64,000 nucleotides of DNA from a virus: UHGV virus genome UHGV-0125199; one strand, given 5' to 3'. A model generated the notes under the pieces. It worked only from the letters and a program-made list of their open reading frames with translations. It had not been told where the DNA came from and did no database searches. A program made the translations under genes and the position numbers. Positions within the stretch are counted from its first letter, which is position 1. Every line of letters begins with the position of its first letter. This document shows, piece after piece, positions 9,825 to 20,579 of this stretch.

Positions 9825-10166
9825 TTACAAATTAAAAAGTTTATAGTCTTCCCACTGATATCCACTTCCACACGGAACAATATTCAAATACAATTGAGAA
9901 ATAGTCGTGTTATTCGCATCAATCCACGCTTTTCTCCATCTATATCCTCTTGCTCCGGCATTAGGATTAATTATGATCCACTCTTCGCCGTCACTAAATC
10001 TTATTTCTGAACGGATATAGTCTGATTTTGAAATACGTTTAAATACAGTTTCAATCCCAGATTCGTTTTTCTCGTTTTCAATTTCTAATAATTTATTTAT
10101 TCCAACTTCTATATCACTCGTATAGATAATACATTTTACGATTTGATTACTACATGCTCCTTTCAC
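9825..10166 (-). CDS. hypothetical protein (GTG start)
   Basis: ORF track; start codon is GTG. Confidence 0.4.
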   Translation of the reverse strand: MKGACSNQIVKCIIYTSDIEVGINKLLEIENEKNESGIETVFKRISKSDYIRSEIRFSDGEEWIIINPNAGARGYRWRKAWIDANNTTISQLYLNIVPCGSGYQWEDYKLFNL

Positions 10167-10542
10167 TTAATTTATCCTCCACTCCTTCCCATGTAAATTG
10201 ACTTGTAATAAACTCATGGGTATATTTTTCCCCCAAGTTGTTTTATAATCAGTACGCATAAATTTGCCCATTTCGATTAAAGCATCGACAACTTTATTGA
10301 TATTAATTTCTATCATTTTCTTCTCCATTTGAAACGTGAGTTTCAATCAAATATCTCTGCAATATAATTATCTTTTTGAACTGTTGTTATTGTATTGCTA
10401 CATCCGTCTGTCCTAAATGTATATTCTCTCATATTGCATCTGCGCTCTTTTATTATTCCGGATTCGTATTCTTTTCGTATCTTCTTTGCATATTCTGTTC
10501 TTTGATATTTAAGACAGAAATATTCTTTCCCACAAACAGATT

Positions 10543-12237
10543 TTACTCTGTCTGTGGATTTATAAAATTTCCGGAATTAATATCCTCATATAACCTATCA
10601 AGTGCAATCTCAAATGCGCCAACACCTGAGAAAAAACTACTCAATTTCAAATTATCAAACAAATAAGGCATAGCTTTATAAAGCTCTACATATATGTAAT
10701 AAAGAACATCTACCACAATTGAATTGCCTGCCTGCTTATACAATTGACTATTTGAAACTCCTACTTTGTGTGCTGCGTCAAAATCTTTATCAGAAAATCC
10801 CATAAGTCTGAAGCACTCCTTTGGAGTTAGTTTGCGAATACGGATTGGAGATTCAATCTTACAAATACCAGTTTCTGTCGCAGTAATAGTTGGACTAATA
10901 TTCCCATCATCCTGGACTCTACCTCTTCTCGTTTTGCTATCTGGATAAGACAAATCTGCAACACCACCAATTTCACATTCGATATATCCCTGTTTTGTTG
11001 CTTGTTTGATTGCAACTTTGTTTCCTTCTCCTTTATTCGTAGTTAATGTTGGAGACAATCCATTTTCCGAATAAACAGACCCATTCATACCATTACCAGA
11101 TGGGTTGATATTCCCAATTTTTAGAACAGCAGTTCCTTCAGATTTTCTGTTGCTAATTCCTCTATCCTCTCTCGCTGCAATGCAATTTGCATATTCGATT
11201 AACTCTGGTTTATTATATGATTTATCAATTCCACATAATACATGTGGCTGTCTTCCACCACCTTGCATAGTCGTTAAAGTAGGACTAATATGACTATCAT
11301 CCCACACGCCTCCGGCATATCCTGTTCCGAAATCTTCTCGATTTACATTTCCAATAAATTTAGGTTGGTCAATTTCTACAACTCTTTTATCACCACATGA
11401 ATCAATTGTTCTTAATGCACCACATACATCATTTTTATAAGTTCGAAGCCCCTCATCTTCTCTTTCTTCACACACAAATTTATCATTTTGACTTTTCTCA
11501 TATTTACTTTCAATACTCGATATAAATTTTTGGGTTTTCTCATCAGAAATATAGAACTTCTCATCGACTTCATCTTCCAATAAATCCTTCAATCTTAATC
11601 CATTATCAAAAGGTTCTGGAAATTCAAACTTACCATTATCCAAATCCTTTTTAATAAATAACAGATACACACGTTCTCTGTTCTGTGGAATTCCATAATT
11701 TTTAGCATTCAGAACCTTCCAATATACGTTATATCCATATTCTTCTAATTCATCAGTAAATAATTTAAATGTTGTGTCTTTAAACTGTTTTCCAACGATA
11801 TTCTTTACATTTTCATAAATTCCAAAATTAGGTCTATTTGATCTAACTACTCGTAAATATTCAACAAGAAGAGATGATCTTGTCTTTTCAATATTTTTAC
11901 TTCCACAATTCGGACAACAATCTCTTTTACTCCAATGAACTGTTAATGGATTATATTCAAAATGCTTTCCATTATCATCCACACAATCTTTACAAGTCCA
12001 CACAGAGCCTTTTTGTTTACCAGCCACACTGAAATCCTGGCACGGTGATCCTCCACAAATCATATTAAAATTATCTAACTCAGTTTCATCAACCTTTGTA
12101 ATATCGCCAAGATTTTTACTTTCATCAACATTATGAATAGCACAATAACTTTTTGTTGCATATTTATCAAATTCACAAAAATTTACAAGTTCCCACTGTT
12201 TATCTGAATTATATTTTTTATCCTTATTTTCTACCAT
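10543..12237 (-). CDS. C5 cytosine-specific DNA methyltransferase with motif I at the C-terminus (apparent circular permutation)
   Basis: GGSPCQDFSVAG (motif IV PCQ), ENV (VI), QNRERV (VIII), RKLTPKECFRLMGF (IX), SNSQLYKQAGNSIVVDVL (X), then LKLSSFFSGVGAFEIALDRL (motif I FxGxG) as the last ~45 aa. The N-terminus begins with the post-motif-I segment EFDKYATKSYCAIHN. The C-terminal translation was re-checked by hand. Confidence 0.8.
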   Translation of the reverse strand: MVENKDKKYNSDKQWELVNFCEFDKYATKSYCAIHNVDESKNLGDITKVDETELDNFNMICGGSPCQDFSVAGKQKGSVWTCKDCVDDNGKHFEYNPLTVHWSKRDCCPNCGSKNIEKTRSSLLVEYLRVVRSNRPNFGIYENVKNIVGKQFKDTTFKLFTDELEEYGYNVYWKVLNAKNYGIPQNRERVYLLFIKKDLDNGKFEFPEPFDNGLRLKDLLEDEVDEKFYISDEKTQKFISSIESKYEKSQNDKFVCEEREDEGLRTYKNDVCGALRTIDSCGDKRVVEIDQPKFIGNVNREDFGTGYAGGVWDDSHISPTLTTMQGGGRQPHVLCGIDKSYNKPELIEYANCIAAREDRGISNRKSEGTAVLKIGNINPSGNGMNGSVYSENGLSPTLTTNKGEGNKVAIKQATKQGYIECEIGGVADLSYPDSKTRRGRVQDDGNISPTITATETGICKIESPIRIRKLTPKECFRLMGFSDKDFDAAHKVGVSNSQLYKQAGNSIVVDVLYYIYVELYKAMPYLFDNLKLSSFFSGVGAFEIALDRLYEDINSGNFINPQTE

Positions 12238-12384
12238 TTACCTCTATATAAGAGGTGTGTACACACATTTTACCTAGGATTACTCATTTGTCCTTTCTTA
12301 AATATCTATGTAATAAGACCATTTGCAACTGATCTGATTCAAATGAAAAATATATTTCAAATGACGTTCGCGACCGTCAATATA

Positions 12385-12762
12385 TTATTCTCTGTTGCTA
12401 TTTATTTTTTTCAGAATTTTATTTAACAATTCTGTAACTTCATCAAAATCACCACTTAATGATTCACCTGTTGTTTTAATTTGATAATTCCATTCATCCT
12501 TACGAGCCAATTCAATAGGTCTTCCATAATATAAAACAGTTCCTTGAGCCACTGTTACATCTTCATACTTTGAATAATAATCTTCTTTCAGAATCTTTAA
12601 CTGTTTCTGGCATCCTTTGTTGTATGATTTAACTTTTGGATCAAACAATGAAACATACTTATCTTTCCCATAATTAATTGGTTTGAATTTGTTTACAACA
12701 AGTAGAACTCCATCTGTTATTCTATATAAATCTTGATATTCTGTTTCTGCTAATACCTGCAA
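12385..12762 (-). CDS. hypothetical protein
   Basis: ORF track. Confidence 0.45.
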   Translation of the reverse strand: MQVLAETEYQDLYRITDGVLLVVNKFKPINYGKDKYVSLFDPKVKSYNKGCQKQLKILKEDYYSKYEDVTVAQGTVLYYGRPIELARKDEWNYQIKTTGESLSGDFDEVTELLNKILKKINSNRE

Positions 12763-12840
12763 ATTTTATACGACCAAATCTCGCAATTTAATTCCCACTT
12801 ATTTAATTCAAATTCTGTTGTCTTTGAAACCATGAAAAAA

Positions 12841-13035
12841 TTATTCATCTACTTTTCTTCCACAAATAGGGCAATAATTGATTTCAAGCTGCTTATTTCT
12901 CCATGGTTCTGGAATCATCCCCAATGGTCTTTCTATATCCAAAGCGTAATATTTCCTGTTGTCTATATCTTCACATTCATACATGTTAATTTCCTTTAAT
13001 TTTGGACTTATACGATTGCAAAATTCACAACACAT
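12841..13035 (-). CDS. small zinc-ribbon protein
   Basis: CEFCN...CPICG. Confidence 0.35.
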   Translation of the reverse strand: MCCEFCNRISPKLKEINMYECEDIDNRKYYALDIERPLGMIPEPWRNKQLEINYCPICGRKVDE

Positions 13036-13055
13036 TATTTACATCACCACCCTTT

Positions 13056-13745
13056 CTAAAATCCAGTTTGATAAGTTTCAAAATTTATATTTCCTTTTCC
13101 AACAACACTTACAGAATTATCTTCCCATTTTTCACCTTTACTGTAAAACTTCGTGTCATCTTCATACACACCTTCTGTATGGATAACTTCAAAATCAATT
13201 TCTCCATCAAAGTCTTTAATCAATGTGGTTGTCCATGGACGCTCAATATGATAATTAAAGTCTGGATTATACTTCAAAACTTCATCTAGTAAAAATACTC
13301 CAACCATCCCAGCATCTGCACAGAACTCTCCAAGCTTTTCATGCGTATCAGAATTATAAGTTGTGCAAGACCAATCACCATACAACGTATCTCTACAGAT
13401 ATAGTTTTTAATCCCTAACTCTTCCATGTCTTCTCCATAGTTGCATAGTTTCCAATCATCAACATTATTTTTTCTATATTCCTGAATGGCTGCTTCATAT
13501 TTTTTATTCTCTTCTTCATACTGTTCAGATTTATGAACCCATTCTTCTAATAAAAACTCTTTTGGAAAACCAGTATCTTCTTCTAACGCTTTAATTTCGT
13601 TTTCATCCATTTTTCTGTAATCTGGATAATATTTCTCTCTACTATGAGAAAAATAATCTTTTGCTTTAGGATATTCTCCTACCTCTTTCTTTTCTTTGCA
13701 GATATAACATGGATCTGTGATAATAATATTTCCTTTAAATCTCAT
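13056..13745 (-). CDS. hypothetical protein
   Basis: 229-aa ORF. Confidence 0.5.
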   Translation of the reverse strand: MRFKGNIIITDPCYICKEKKEVGEYPKAKDYFSHSREKYYPDYRKMDENEIKALEEDTGFPKEFLLEEWVHKSEQYEEENKKYEAAIQEYRKNNVDDWKLCNYGEDMEELGIKNYICRDTLYGDWSCTTYNSDTHEKLGEFCADAGMVGVFLLDEVLKYNPDFNYHIERPWTTTLIKDFDGEIDFEVIHTEGVYEDDTKFYSKGEKWEDNSVSVVGKGNINFETYQTGF

Positions 13746-14020
13746 CTTCTCTCCTTCTCACACCATTCAAAAAAGTCATACATACCGTGATTTCTAATAC
13801 CATCTGATTTTCTTTTCAAAAACGGTATTAACTCATGCATAAAACTATTTACCCCACCAATATTCAATTCATAAACATAATTTGAGAGCGCATAAAAGAT
13901 ATACTCTGCAACATCTTTTCTACCGGCTGCTCTTGATTCCGCTTTCATTTCATCAAGTTCTTCTTCTGATAGCTCGTAAAACACCTTAGAACTAACAACA
14001 TTTTTCTCTATCTTTTTCAA
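13742..14020 (-). CDS. hypothetical protein
   Basis: 4-nt overlap with the downstream gene (operon-like). Confidence 0.4.
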   Translation of the reverse strand: MKKIEKNVVSSKVFYELSEEELDEMKAESRAAGRKDVAEYIFYALSNYVYELNIGGVNSFMHELIPFLKRKSDGIRNHGMYDFFEWCEKERR

Positions 14021-14071
14021 AACAAAAATTACCTCAACATACTATTTGAAAATTGTATTTTATCAGTCATG

Positions 14072-14659
14072 TTATTCTTCTTTCAGTTTACTAATCTGTT
14101 CTTCCAATTCTTTAATTTGCATCTGTTTTCTTCTGGTGGCATAATTTTTAAAAAACTTATCATATGTATTTTTATAATGAACATATGCCTCATCTCCATT
14201 ATCCACTGAATAATACAATGCGTGATTCAACACATCTTCGTATTTAGGTTTTACATTATGTAGCTCTTTATAAAACTCTTCAAAATATTCAACATCATAA
14301 TAATCGCCAAAAATATAACCTCCAGTTGGGAAAGATATTTTTAATAATTCTTCCTCGTCAATATCACCATAATTTGTAATATTTTTAAAACTGAAAATTC
14401 CTATTCCATATTCAATTTCTTTAAAACCTTTATACGCCATAACATTTTTATCAATGTTCCATTTTTTGTATTTATATGCAATACTCAATAACTTCTTCGT
14501 TAGAGCATATAAGTCTGACAAGTCACTGTTATATATCCCTTTATTAAATCCATTTTCTTCTAAAATCTGCTGTACTTCTATCAGTACGTCTAATACTTTT
14601 AAATACTCTTCTTTGTAACTTTTCATTTTATTTTTCACCTCATGAAGCAGACATTTCAT
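14072..14659 (-). CDS. hypothetical protein
   Basis: ORF track. Confidence 0.5.
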   Translation of the reverse strand: MKCLLHEVKNKMKSYKEEYLKVLDVLIEVQQILEENGFNKGIYNSDLSDLYALTKKLLSIAYKYKKWNIDKNVMAYKGFKEIEYGIGIFSFKNITNYGDIDEEELLKISFPTGGYIFGDYYDVEYFEEFYKELHNVKPKYEDVLNHALYYSVDNGDEAYVHYKNTYDKFFKNYATRRKQMQIKELEEQISKLKEE

Positions 14660-14750
14660 CTACAGCAGTATCCATTCCATATTTAACGCCTGGTTTTAAA
14701 TCTGGTCGCACTCTGACTTGATTACCAACTTTATATTTCATGCGTCTCTC

Positions 14751-15590
14751 CTATTCTTCAAACTCTGTTTCTTCTGTTACCGTTGAATTGTCACAAATTG
14801 TTACCATTGTATTTTCATTTGGAATAATGGTCACTTCTTCATCTTTCAAATTCCAAAACGAAATCTGGTGCCCTTCTCCATGCAACAATTCACCATCCCA
14901 CTGAAGAATGTCTGTTGACAATTCAACTTTTCCAGGAAGAAGTGTCATTAACTTTGCTCTCTTGCCTGTATAATCAATATTCTCTACCAATGACCTGATT
15001 TCCGGATAAATTTCACACACTCTTGTATACATATCAGGCATAAATCTTTTAAGTTGATCACAGAACTTTGGGATATATTCTTTCTGATAAGAAGATATTT
15101 CTCCGCCCATGAGTGCATATGGTCTATATTTAATAAGTTCCACAATAAATTCAGGTGTAAAATCTTCTTTCTTAATCATGTCATTATCTACAAAGAAATC
15201 ACTATTTCGAATCGGATTATTATATCCATTAAGATGTGGCAATCCAAGATAAACATAATCTCCAATTTCGCATACAAAATTTAATGGTTTTAACGCATAT
15301 TCAACATCTCCGTATTTTCCTTTATATTCCATTACTAAACATCCACATTTCCGCGCTGCTTTTGTAAACCCTTCTTTCTTTTCAATTGTGCCGTAAGGAC
15401 ACTTATGCCGCCATAATCCATTCAGCATCACACAACATTTGCGCTTATAAGCATCGCAATTTTCGCAATTATTACACTTATAAACAGAAATACGTTCTCT
15501 GTCACTTTTTCCAGATTTAAAAATGCTGGTTCTCGGATTATAATATGTAAAATTAATTGGCTTGTACTCTTCTATAATAATCACTCCCAC
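14751..15590 (-). CDS. hypothetical Cys-rich protein
   Basis: CNNCENCDAYKRKCC...CPYG...CGC cluster at the N-terminus. Confidence 0.5.
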   Translation of the reverse strand: MGVIIIEEYKPINFTYYNPRTSIFKSGKSDRERISVYKCNNCENCDAYKRKCCVMLNGLWRHKCPYGTIEKKEGFTKAARKCGCLVMEYKGKYGDVEYALKPLNFVCEIGDYVYLGLPHLNGYNNPIRNSDFFVDNDMIKKEDFTPEFIVELIKYRPYALMGGEISSYQKEYIPKFCDQLKRFMPDMYTRVCEIYPEIRSLVENIDYTGKRAKLMTLLPGKVELSTDILQWDGELLHGEGHQISFWNLKDEEVTIIPNENTMVTICDNSTVTEETEFEE

Positions 15591-15694
15591 CTATATTTAA
15601 TTTTGTAAATTTGGAATCCATGCTTGACTAAACATGTAAAGATATGTAATATATTAGTTGCGTTGGATTCCTAATTGTCCAATGTATTGTGTTT

Positions 15695-16057
15695 TCAGAC
15701 ACCCATCAAAGTTTGGTCGCGGAGATGAGTGTCTGTTTTATTATTCACTTGTCTTCTATGTTTCATTATGTATCTTCTTCTGGATACTTCTCTCAGAGCA
15801 TATCCATCATGCAATCTTCTGTAATTATTTGTAATACCATATAACATTTGATAGAGTTTCTTTGTATTCAAATACTTAAGTTCAAATGTGAAAGTTGTGT
15901 CTTCAAATTCTAATCTTCTAAAATTTGATTTATCATTATTACAGTCTTCTTTTTCATATTCAATTGATATAGAAGCGTTTTCTATATTTATTTTCTTACC
16001 AGTTTCCAGATTGATGAAACTTGCATCTCCAATTTTATACGTGTTAATATTTTCCAC
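15695..16057 (-). CDS. hypothetical protein
   Basis: ORF track. Confidence 0.4.
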   Translation of the reverse strand: MENINTYKIGDASFINLETGKKINIENASISIEYEKEDCNNDKSNFRRLEFEDTTFTFELKYLNTKKLYQMLYGITNNYRRLHDGYALREVSRRRYIMKHRRQVNNKTDTHLRDQTLMGV

Positions 16058-16059
16058 CT

Positions 16060-16470
16060 CTATTCTTCCGGAAATATCAATGTTCTTCCGACAAATCGTT
16101 TCAGTCGCTCATTAATGTCTTTAGAAAAGCAATTATTCTTCGACATAGCATAAGCGTCAATGCAACACTCTACAATTACATTTCTATCATCAAATTTAAT
16201 ACATCCAATTGTTGATCCTGGCATACGAATTACAATTGTGTTGCCCCAAATGCTTCTTGAGTCATATATGTAACATAAAGAATATGGATGAACATCTCCA
16301 AAATTATATCTAACATTGTTGTTAAGATATTCTGTAATTTCGCATACACATTCTTCAGCAATTATGTTTGGTTTTCTTTTAGTTAAAATAATTTCATCAC
16401 CGATGTTACCACCTCCAAAAATTGAAATCACGGTTTCATATTTTAAACTTACGAATATCATGAATACCAT
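16060..16470 (-). CDS. hypothetical protein
   Basis: ORF track; last gene of the NAD operon direction. Confidence 0.4.
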   Translation of the reverse strand: MVFMIFVSLKYETVISIFGGGNIGDEIILTKRKPNIIAEECVCEITEYLNNNVRYNFGDVHPYSLCYIYDSRSIWGNTIVIRMPGSTIGCIKFDDRNVIVECCIDAYAMSKNNCFSKDINERLKRFVGRTLIFPEE

Positions 16471-16940
16471 TTAGGAACTTCTCTGTATGCTTTTACAACA
16501 TCTGCATATCCTAAATCAGATAATAATTTTAATAGTGTATTATCCGCGTGTTCCTGATATTTTATTGATCTACATTCTTTTAATATCTCTATATATTTAT
16601 CAGATAGTCCTTTTATAAAAGTAGATTTTTCATTTTTACTAAAATGCTCTGTTTCATGATCAAAAATCCATTCACCGACTTCATCAATATCACAATATGA
16701 ATAAAACCCGAAGTAGTCTGCGCCATATTGTAAATCAGATAATTCTTCTTCTGAATGAAGAATAATTCTTTCACAATTATCATATGCATCTTCATCCAAG
16801 AGATCTGTTATTTTTTCTCCGTCTTTATTGTAGGCTTCAATTGTTTGAAGATGTGGATGTTTCAACTCAAATTCATGATGTTCGCATTCATACTCATCTT
16901 CAAACTGTTTTCCATCGTCTGCAATATATACTGTTCTCAT
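16458..16940 (-). CDS. hypothetical acidic protein
   Basis: ORF track. Confidence 0.45.
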   Translation of the reverse strand: MRTVYIADDGKQFEDEYECEHHEFELKHPHLQTIEAYNKDGEKITDLLDEDAYDNCERIILHSEEELSDLQYGADYFGFYSYCDIDEVGEWIFDHETEHFSKNEKSTFIKGLSDKYIEILKECRSIKYQEHADNTLLKLLSDLGYADVVKAYREVPKWYS

Positions 16941-16972
16941 ATTTAATCTACTCCATTATTTTATTTTTGTTA

Positions 16973-17725
16973 TCAACTTTTATCACTCTCGTGTTTAAAA
17001 CTAAACGACGGCATCATTTGCAATTTAAACAAATTCTTTTCGTGCATCTGGTCAATTTTCTTCTTTAATTGTTTATCATCAATTAGACCTGTTCTGATAT
17101 ATTTATCGAGAACATCATATGTAAATCCCAAGTTATCTTCATCTGTTTTATCACAAAGACCATCGGATGGAATTTTCTCAATGAACTCTTTCGGAAGTCC
17201 TAATGCATATCCGACTTCCTTAACTTCCGTAACAGTCAGATTAGACAATGGACTGAAATCACCAACACTATCTCCCCACCTTGTACTATATCCAATCCAA
17301 TCTTCAGATAAATTACATGTATTCGCAACTCTTCCATTTACAGTCTGAGACACAGCATATAATGTAGCCATTCTAATTCGCGCCGGCAGATTGATAGAAG
17401 ACTGTCTGCTCCAGTGATCGTCCAATTCAGACTTCACTTCATGTTTAATATCTCTTACTGCATTGAAAATATTCACCTCAATATTTTCAATTCCAAGATG
17501 ATCAACCACCTTCTTTGCAACATCAATATCTTTTTGTTTACCGTTTGGCATTAGGACTCCAAGCACTCTTTCTTTTCCTAGAGCTTCAACGCAGAGTGCA
17601 GCAACAATCGTCGAATCCTTCCCTCCTGAAATACCAACAACTGCTTTACAACCACTTCCGTTCTCTTTAAAGAAGTTCTGGATCCATTCAATAATTTCAG
17701 TTTTAATTTCATTTGCATTAAACAT
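16973..17725 (-). CDS. nadE: NH3-dependent NAD+ synthetase (NadE, PP-loop ATP pyrophosphatase)
   Basis: GISGGKDST PP-loop (SGGxDS). Colinear matches to NadE blocks (PARIRMATLYAVS; STRWGDSVGDFSPLSNLT; DEDNLGFTYDVLDKY). Confidence 0.75.
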   Translation of the reverse strand: MFNANEIKTEIIEWIQNFFKENGSGCKAVVGISGGKDSTIVAALCVEALGKERVLGVLMPNGKQKDIDVAKKVVDHLGIENIEVNIFNAVRDIKHEVKSELDDHWSRQSSINLPARIRMATLYAVSQTVNGRVANTCNLSEDWIGYSTRWGDSVGDFSPLSNLTVTEVKEVGYALGLPKEFIEKIPSDGLCDKTDEDNLGFTYDVLDKYIRTGLIDDKQLKKKIDQMHEKNLFKLQMMPSFSFKHESDKS

Positions 17726-19215
17726 TAAAATTCTCCTCCATGTAGTCTATCTCTAATTTCTTTTAACGATTGTTCTTTTAATAATTCTCCATCTTTAAAG
17801 ACTGTAATTAACATATTTCCACGTTTTTCATAATCAGTAGCCTGTTTCCATGTAAGCTCATCCTCGTAATAAATACTTCCATCATATCGTGTATATACTC
17901 TGCAGCATCCTTTCTGTGATTTCTTAAAACCACCGTCCTTAGGATTTTTAAAAATTGGAGTAGCTTTTCCATCAATCTCACAATATGTTGCTTTAATACA
18001 AGAACTAAAAGTGTCTCTTGTAAATGGTTTTAATACTCCGTCTTCTTCGATGCACTGAAATGAAAACGACCCAACTCCTAATGCTACATTTGAACACGCA
18101 AATCCATTTTTCATAAGAATTCTGTAAATTTCTTCACATCTCTGTACTGTAATTGAGTCACCGTAAATTGCTTTTACATGTGGATCTAACACTTTATACC
18201 CCTTGCTATTAACTGTCCCACCAAATTCTTCCCATAATTTAAATACAGTTTTTGTTACAACTTCTACACAATCTCCAGAATCTCCACGCATCAACATGCA
18301 TCCGTTATGATTCATGATTTCTGTTTTTAATTGAGGAAGAATATTATCGATGATATTCCAATAATCATAAGAGTCAAGAACTGCTGAAAAACTTGTGTTT
18401 GGATAGATTTCAGTAAGTAATCTTCTTAATAATGTAATCTCGTCTCCATCTACCGCATAATTACTGCACATTACAGAATGTTCTGTGCTAGGACTTCCAT
18501 ATGCAACAGGTTCTTTTGTACAATCACAAAAATAATTCTTTTCAAGATAAGGAATAGTTGGAACGGTTGCTGTATTCAAAAATGATAAACACCACCCAGC
18601 GCCTGCTTTTACCGCTGATTCCAAACACTCTTCTCCCCGGAAGTCAAAGGCACCAAGAGCTTTTGATCTTGGAATATAGTCATCACAAGTTAGACCATAA
18701 TAGTGATTAACGATGCTACGATAGGTCATTCCTACTGTTGCTGCTAACATTGGATGCCACATTTCTGCCGAGATAAGACTTTCTAAACTCTGAGGTAACC
18801 ATGCAAAATCTTTATGTGTATTTGTAATACCAAACATAGGCACATGCATTGGAACAATTGTACCTTCTGGCAATGAAACAATCTCAATTGGCAAATATCC
18901 CAATTTATGTAGACTTTCAATCTTGTCAATTTTATACGCATCCTTACCAAGTGATGCATCCATAATTCTTTTATATTCATAAATAATTTCTTCAAAAGGT
19001 TTGTCAAAAAATTCTTCATTGAAATAATCAATCAGATACGTTTTAATAAACCCCTGTAATCCAAACATTACTACTTTATCCCATCGTTTTACACGACTCA
19101 TTCTAGGAGTAAAATAGGAAACTGATTTTGTAATATTTTCAGGTAGCATTTCTGCATGAACCGCTTTATAAAAGTCAATTAATAACATTGGATTTGTCTT
19201 ATTCGTCATATTCAA
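17725..19215 (-). CDS. nadV: nicotinamide phosphoribosyltransferase family enzyme (NadV/NAMPT; possibly a Namat-type nicotinamide ADP-ribose transferase)
   Basis: LLIDFYKAVH...SYFTPR...VVMFGLQ...LPEGTIVPMHVPMF...FDFRGEE are NAMPT-family blocks. 496 aa. Start overlaps the nadE stop. Confidence 0.8.
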   Translation of the reverse strand: MNMTNKTNPMLLIDFYKAVHAEMLPENITKSVSYFTPRMSRVKRWDKVVMFGLQGFIKTYLIDYFNEEFFDKPFEEIIYEYKRIMDASLGKDAYKIDKIESLHKLGYLPIEIVSLPEGTIVPMHVPMFGITNTHKDFAWLPQSLESLISAEMWHPMLAATVGMTYRSIVNHYYGLTCDDYIPRSKALGAFDFRGEECLESAVKAGAGWCLSFLNTATVPTIPYLEKNYFCDCTKEPVAYGSPSTEHSVMCSNYAVDGDEITLLRRLLTEIYPNTSFSAVLDSYDYWNIIDNILPQLKTEIMNHNGCMLMRGDSGDCVEVVTKTVFKLWEEFGGTVNSKGYKVLDPHVKAIYGDSITVQRCEEIYRILMKNGFACSNVALGVGSFSFQCIEEDGVLKPFTRDTFSSCIKATYCEIDGKATPIFKNPKDGGFKKSQKGCCRVYTRYDGSIYYEDELTWKQATDYEKRGNMLITVFKDGELLKEQSLKEIRDRLHGGEF

Positions 19216-20029
19216 ATACCTCTACTTTCTCATGTTCTTTTGTAAAAATACTATTTGTCGTGAACACTCTGTCAATCAATCCACTACTCAATACTTCTCC
19301 TTCGAGGATTGTATTTTCACAATGAGATACATATAGATAAATCTCCTTTGCTCCCAGTTCCTTTAACTTAATAGCTGAATGATAAAATGTTCCGCCACGA
19401 CTTGAAATATCATCTACAATTAAAATTTTTCTTCCTTTAATCAGATTTGTCATGCCTGAAACATCTAGTCCTTTAATCTCCCCTGTTTCCCAATCGCGCT
19501 TTTTAATACCAAAAGCATAAGGAAGATCAAACATTGTAGAATAACGTTTCATAGCTCCTTCGTCCGGATAGAACATTGTAAGATTATTTGTGCCACCAAT
19601 GTATTCACTTTCAATCGCTTTCCACACATATTTGTCTGGATATTTAATTAAAACTCTATCAATAAGAGCTTCGCTTACAGATGAATGTGGATCTAATACT
19701 GTTACAGAATCAAAATTCAGCCAATTAATAACTTCTGCAAAATACTTTAATGTAAATACATCTTCTGTTGTTTTAACACGATCTTGACGACTGTTTGGAA
19801 TATATGGCATATTCAAGTACAAATTTGTAATACCATGAGAATTAAGGTGTTTGACAATATAAATCAATGTCACCAATTCTTCATTATCTTCAAACAACCA
19901 GGTAATAGTTGCTTCTCTGTAATTTTTAAAATCATAAGAAACATCCTCTTTAAGCAAGAGAGTTCCATCTGGAAATTTCTTTGTATTTACTACTTCTCCA
20001 TTAATTTTAATCATAAGACTTTTCTCCAA
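19199..20029 (-). CDS. ribose-phosphate pyrophosphokinase-like enzyme (Prs homologue; candidate ADPR-PP synthetase Adps)
   Basis: ILIVDDISSRGGTF phosphoribosyltransferase-type PRPP/nucleotide-binding loop. Prs-like size; overlaps the nadV start. Confidence 0.7.
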   Translation of the reverse strand: MEKSLMIKINGEVVNTKKFPDGTLLLKEDVSYDFKNYREATITWLFEDNEELVTLIYIVKHLNSHGITNLYLNMPYIPNSRQDRVKTTEDVFTLKYFAEVINWLNFDSVTVLDPHSSVSEALIDRVLIKYPDKYVWKAIESEYIGGTNNLTMFYPDEGAMKRYSTMFDLPYAFGIKKRDWETGEIKGLDVSGMTNLIKGRKILIVDDISSRGGTFYHSAIKLKELGAKEIYLYVSHCENTILEGEVLSSGLIDRVFTTNSIFTKEHEKVEVFEYDE

Positions 20030-20579
20030 TCACATTAATTTGACAAGATTTCATCACTTCTAACGCAGCTCTATGCTTTTCAGGAGTGACACCAGCGCAG
20101 CACGACGCATCGACTGTAATTTCCATTTCTGGCACCCATGCTTTAATTAATAGAGCATTCGACACTACACAAATATCAGTACATACACCAACAAGTTCAA
20201 CGCTATCATAATCATTACTAGCAAAACCGCCATGGATACATTCTGCAAGGTAATTACTTCCAAATCTATTTTTATTAATTACGTGTTTTGCGTAAGATTT
20301 TAATTCGTCTACAATTTCCCATCCATTTGTTCCAATAACACAATGCTCTACAGGCAATTTTTTACCTTCCTGAGTATCTAAATAACCATCCAAATGTGTG
20401 TCTTTTGTGAAGAAAACTACATCACCGTTATTGTAATATTCTTCAATTTTTTTCTTTACATCCGGAACAATTGCAACTGCTTCTTTTGTTCCCAAATTTC
20501 CACTCACAAAATCGTTTTGCATATCTACTACAACTAAAACCTTCATATTCCCTATTCTCCTTCTACCAATTCCAAGCAT
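20007..20579 (-). CDS. isochorismatase-family hydrolase, nicotinamidase (PncA)-like
   Basis: MKVLVVVDMQNDFV N-terminus typical of PncA/isochorismatase; conserved Asp/Lys/Cys positions (D..K..C in VGVCTDICV). Confidence 0.65.
   Translation of the reverse strand: MLGIGRRRIGNMKVLVVVDMQNDFVSGNLGTKEAVAIVPDVKKKIEEYYNNGDVVFFTKDTHLDGYLDTQEGKKLPVEHCVIGTNGWEIVDELKSYAKHVINKNRFGSNYLAECIHGGFASNDYDSVELVGVCTDICVVSNALLIKAWVPEMEITVDASCCAGVTPEKHRAALEVMKSCQINVIGEKSYD

Noticed and set aside
9548-9830. Plus-strand ORF 9708..10010 and the intergenic gap at 9548-9824
   Set aside because: The plus ORF is antisense and low-complexity. Only tiny (under 40 aa) minus-strand ORFs are present, too short to call.
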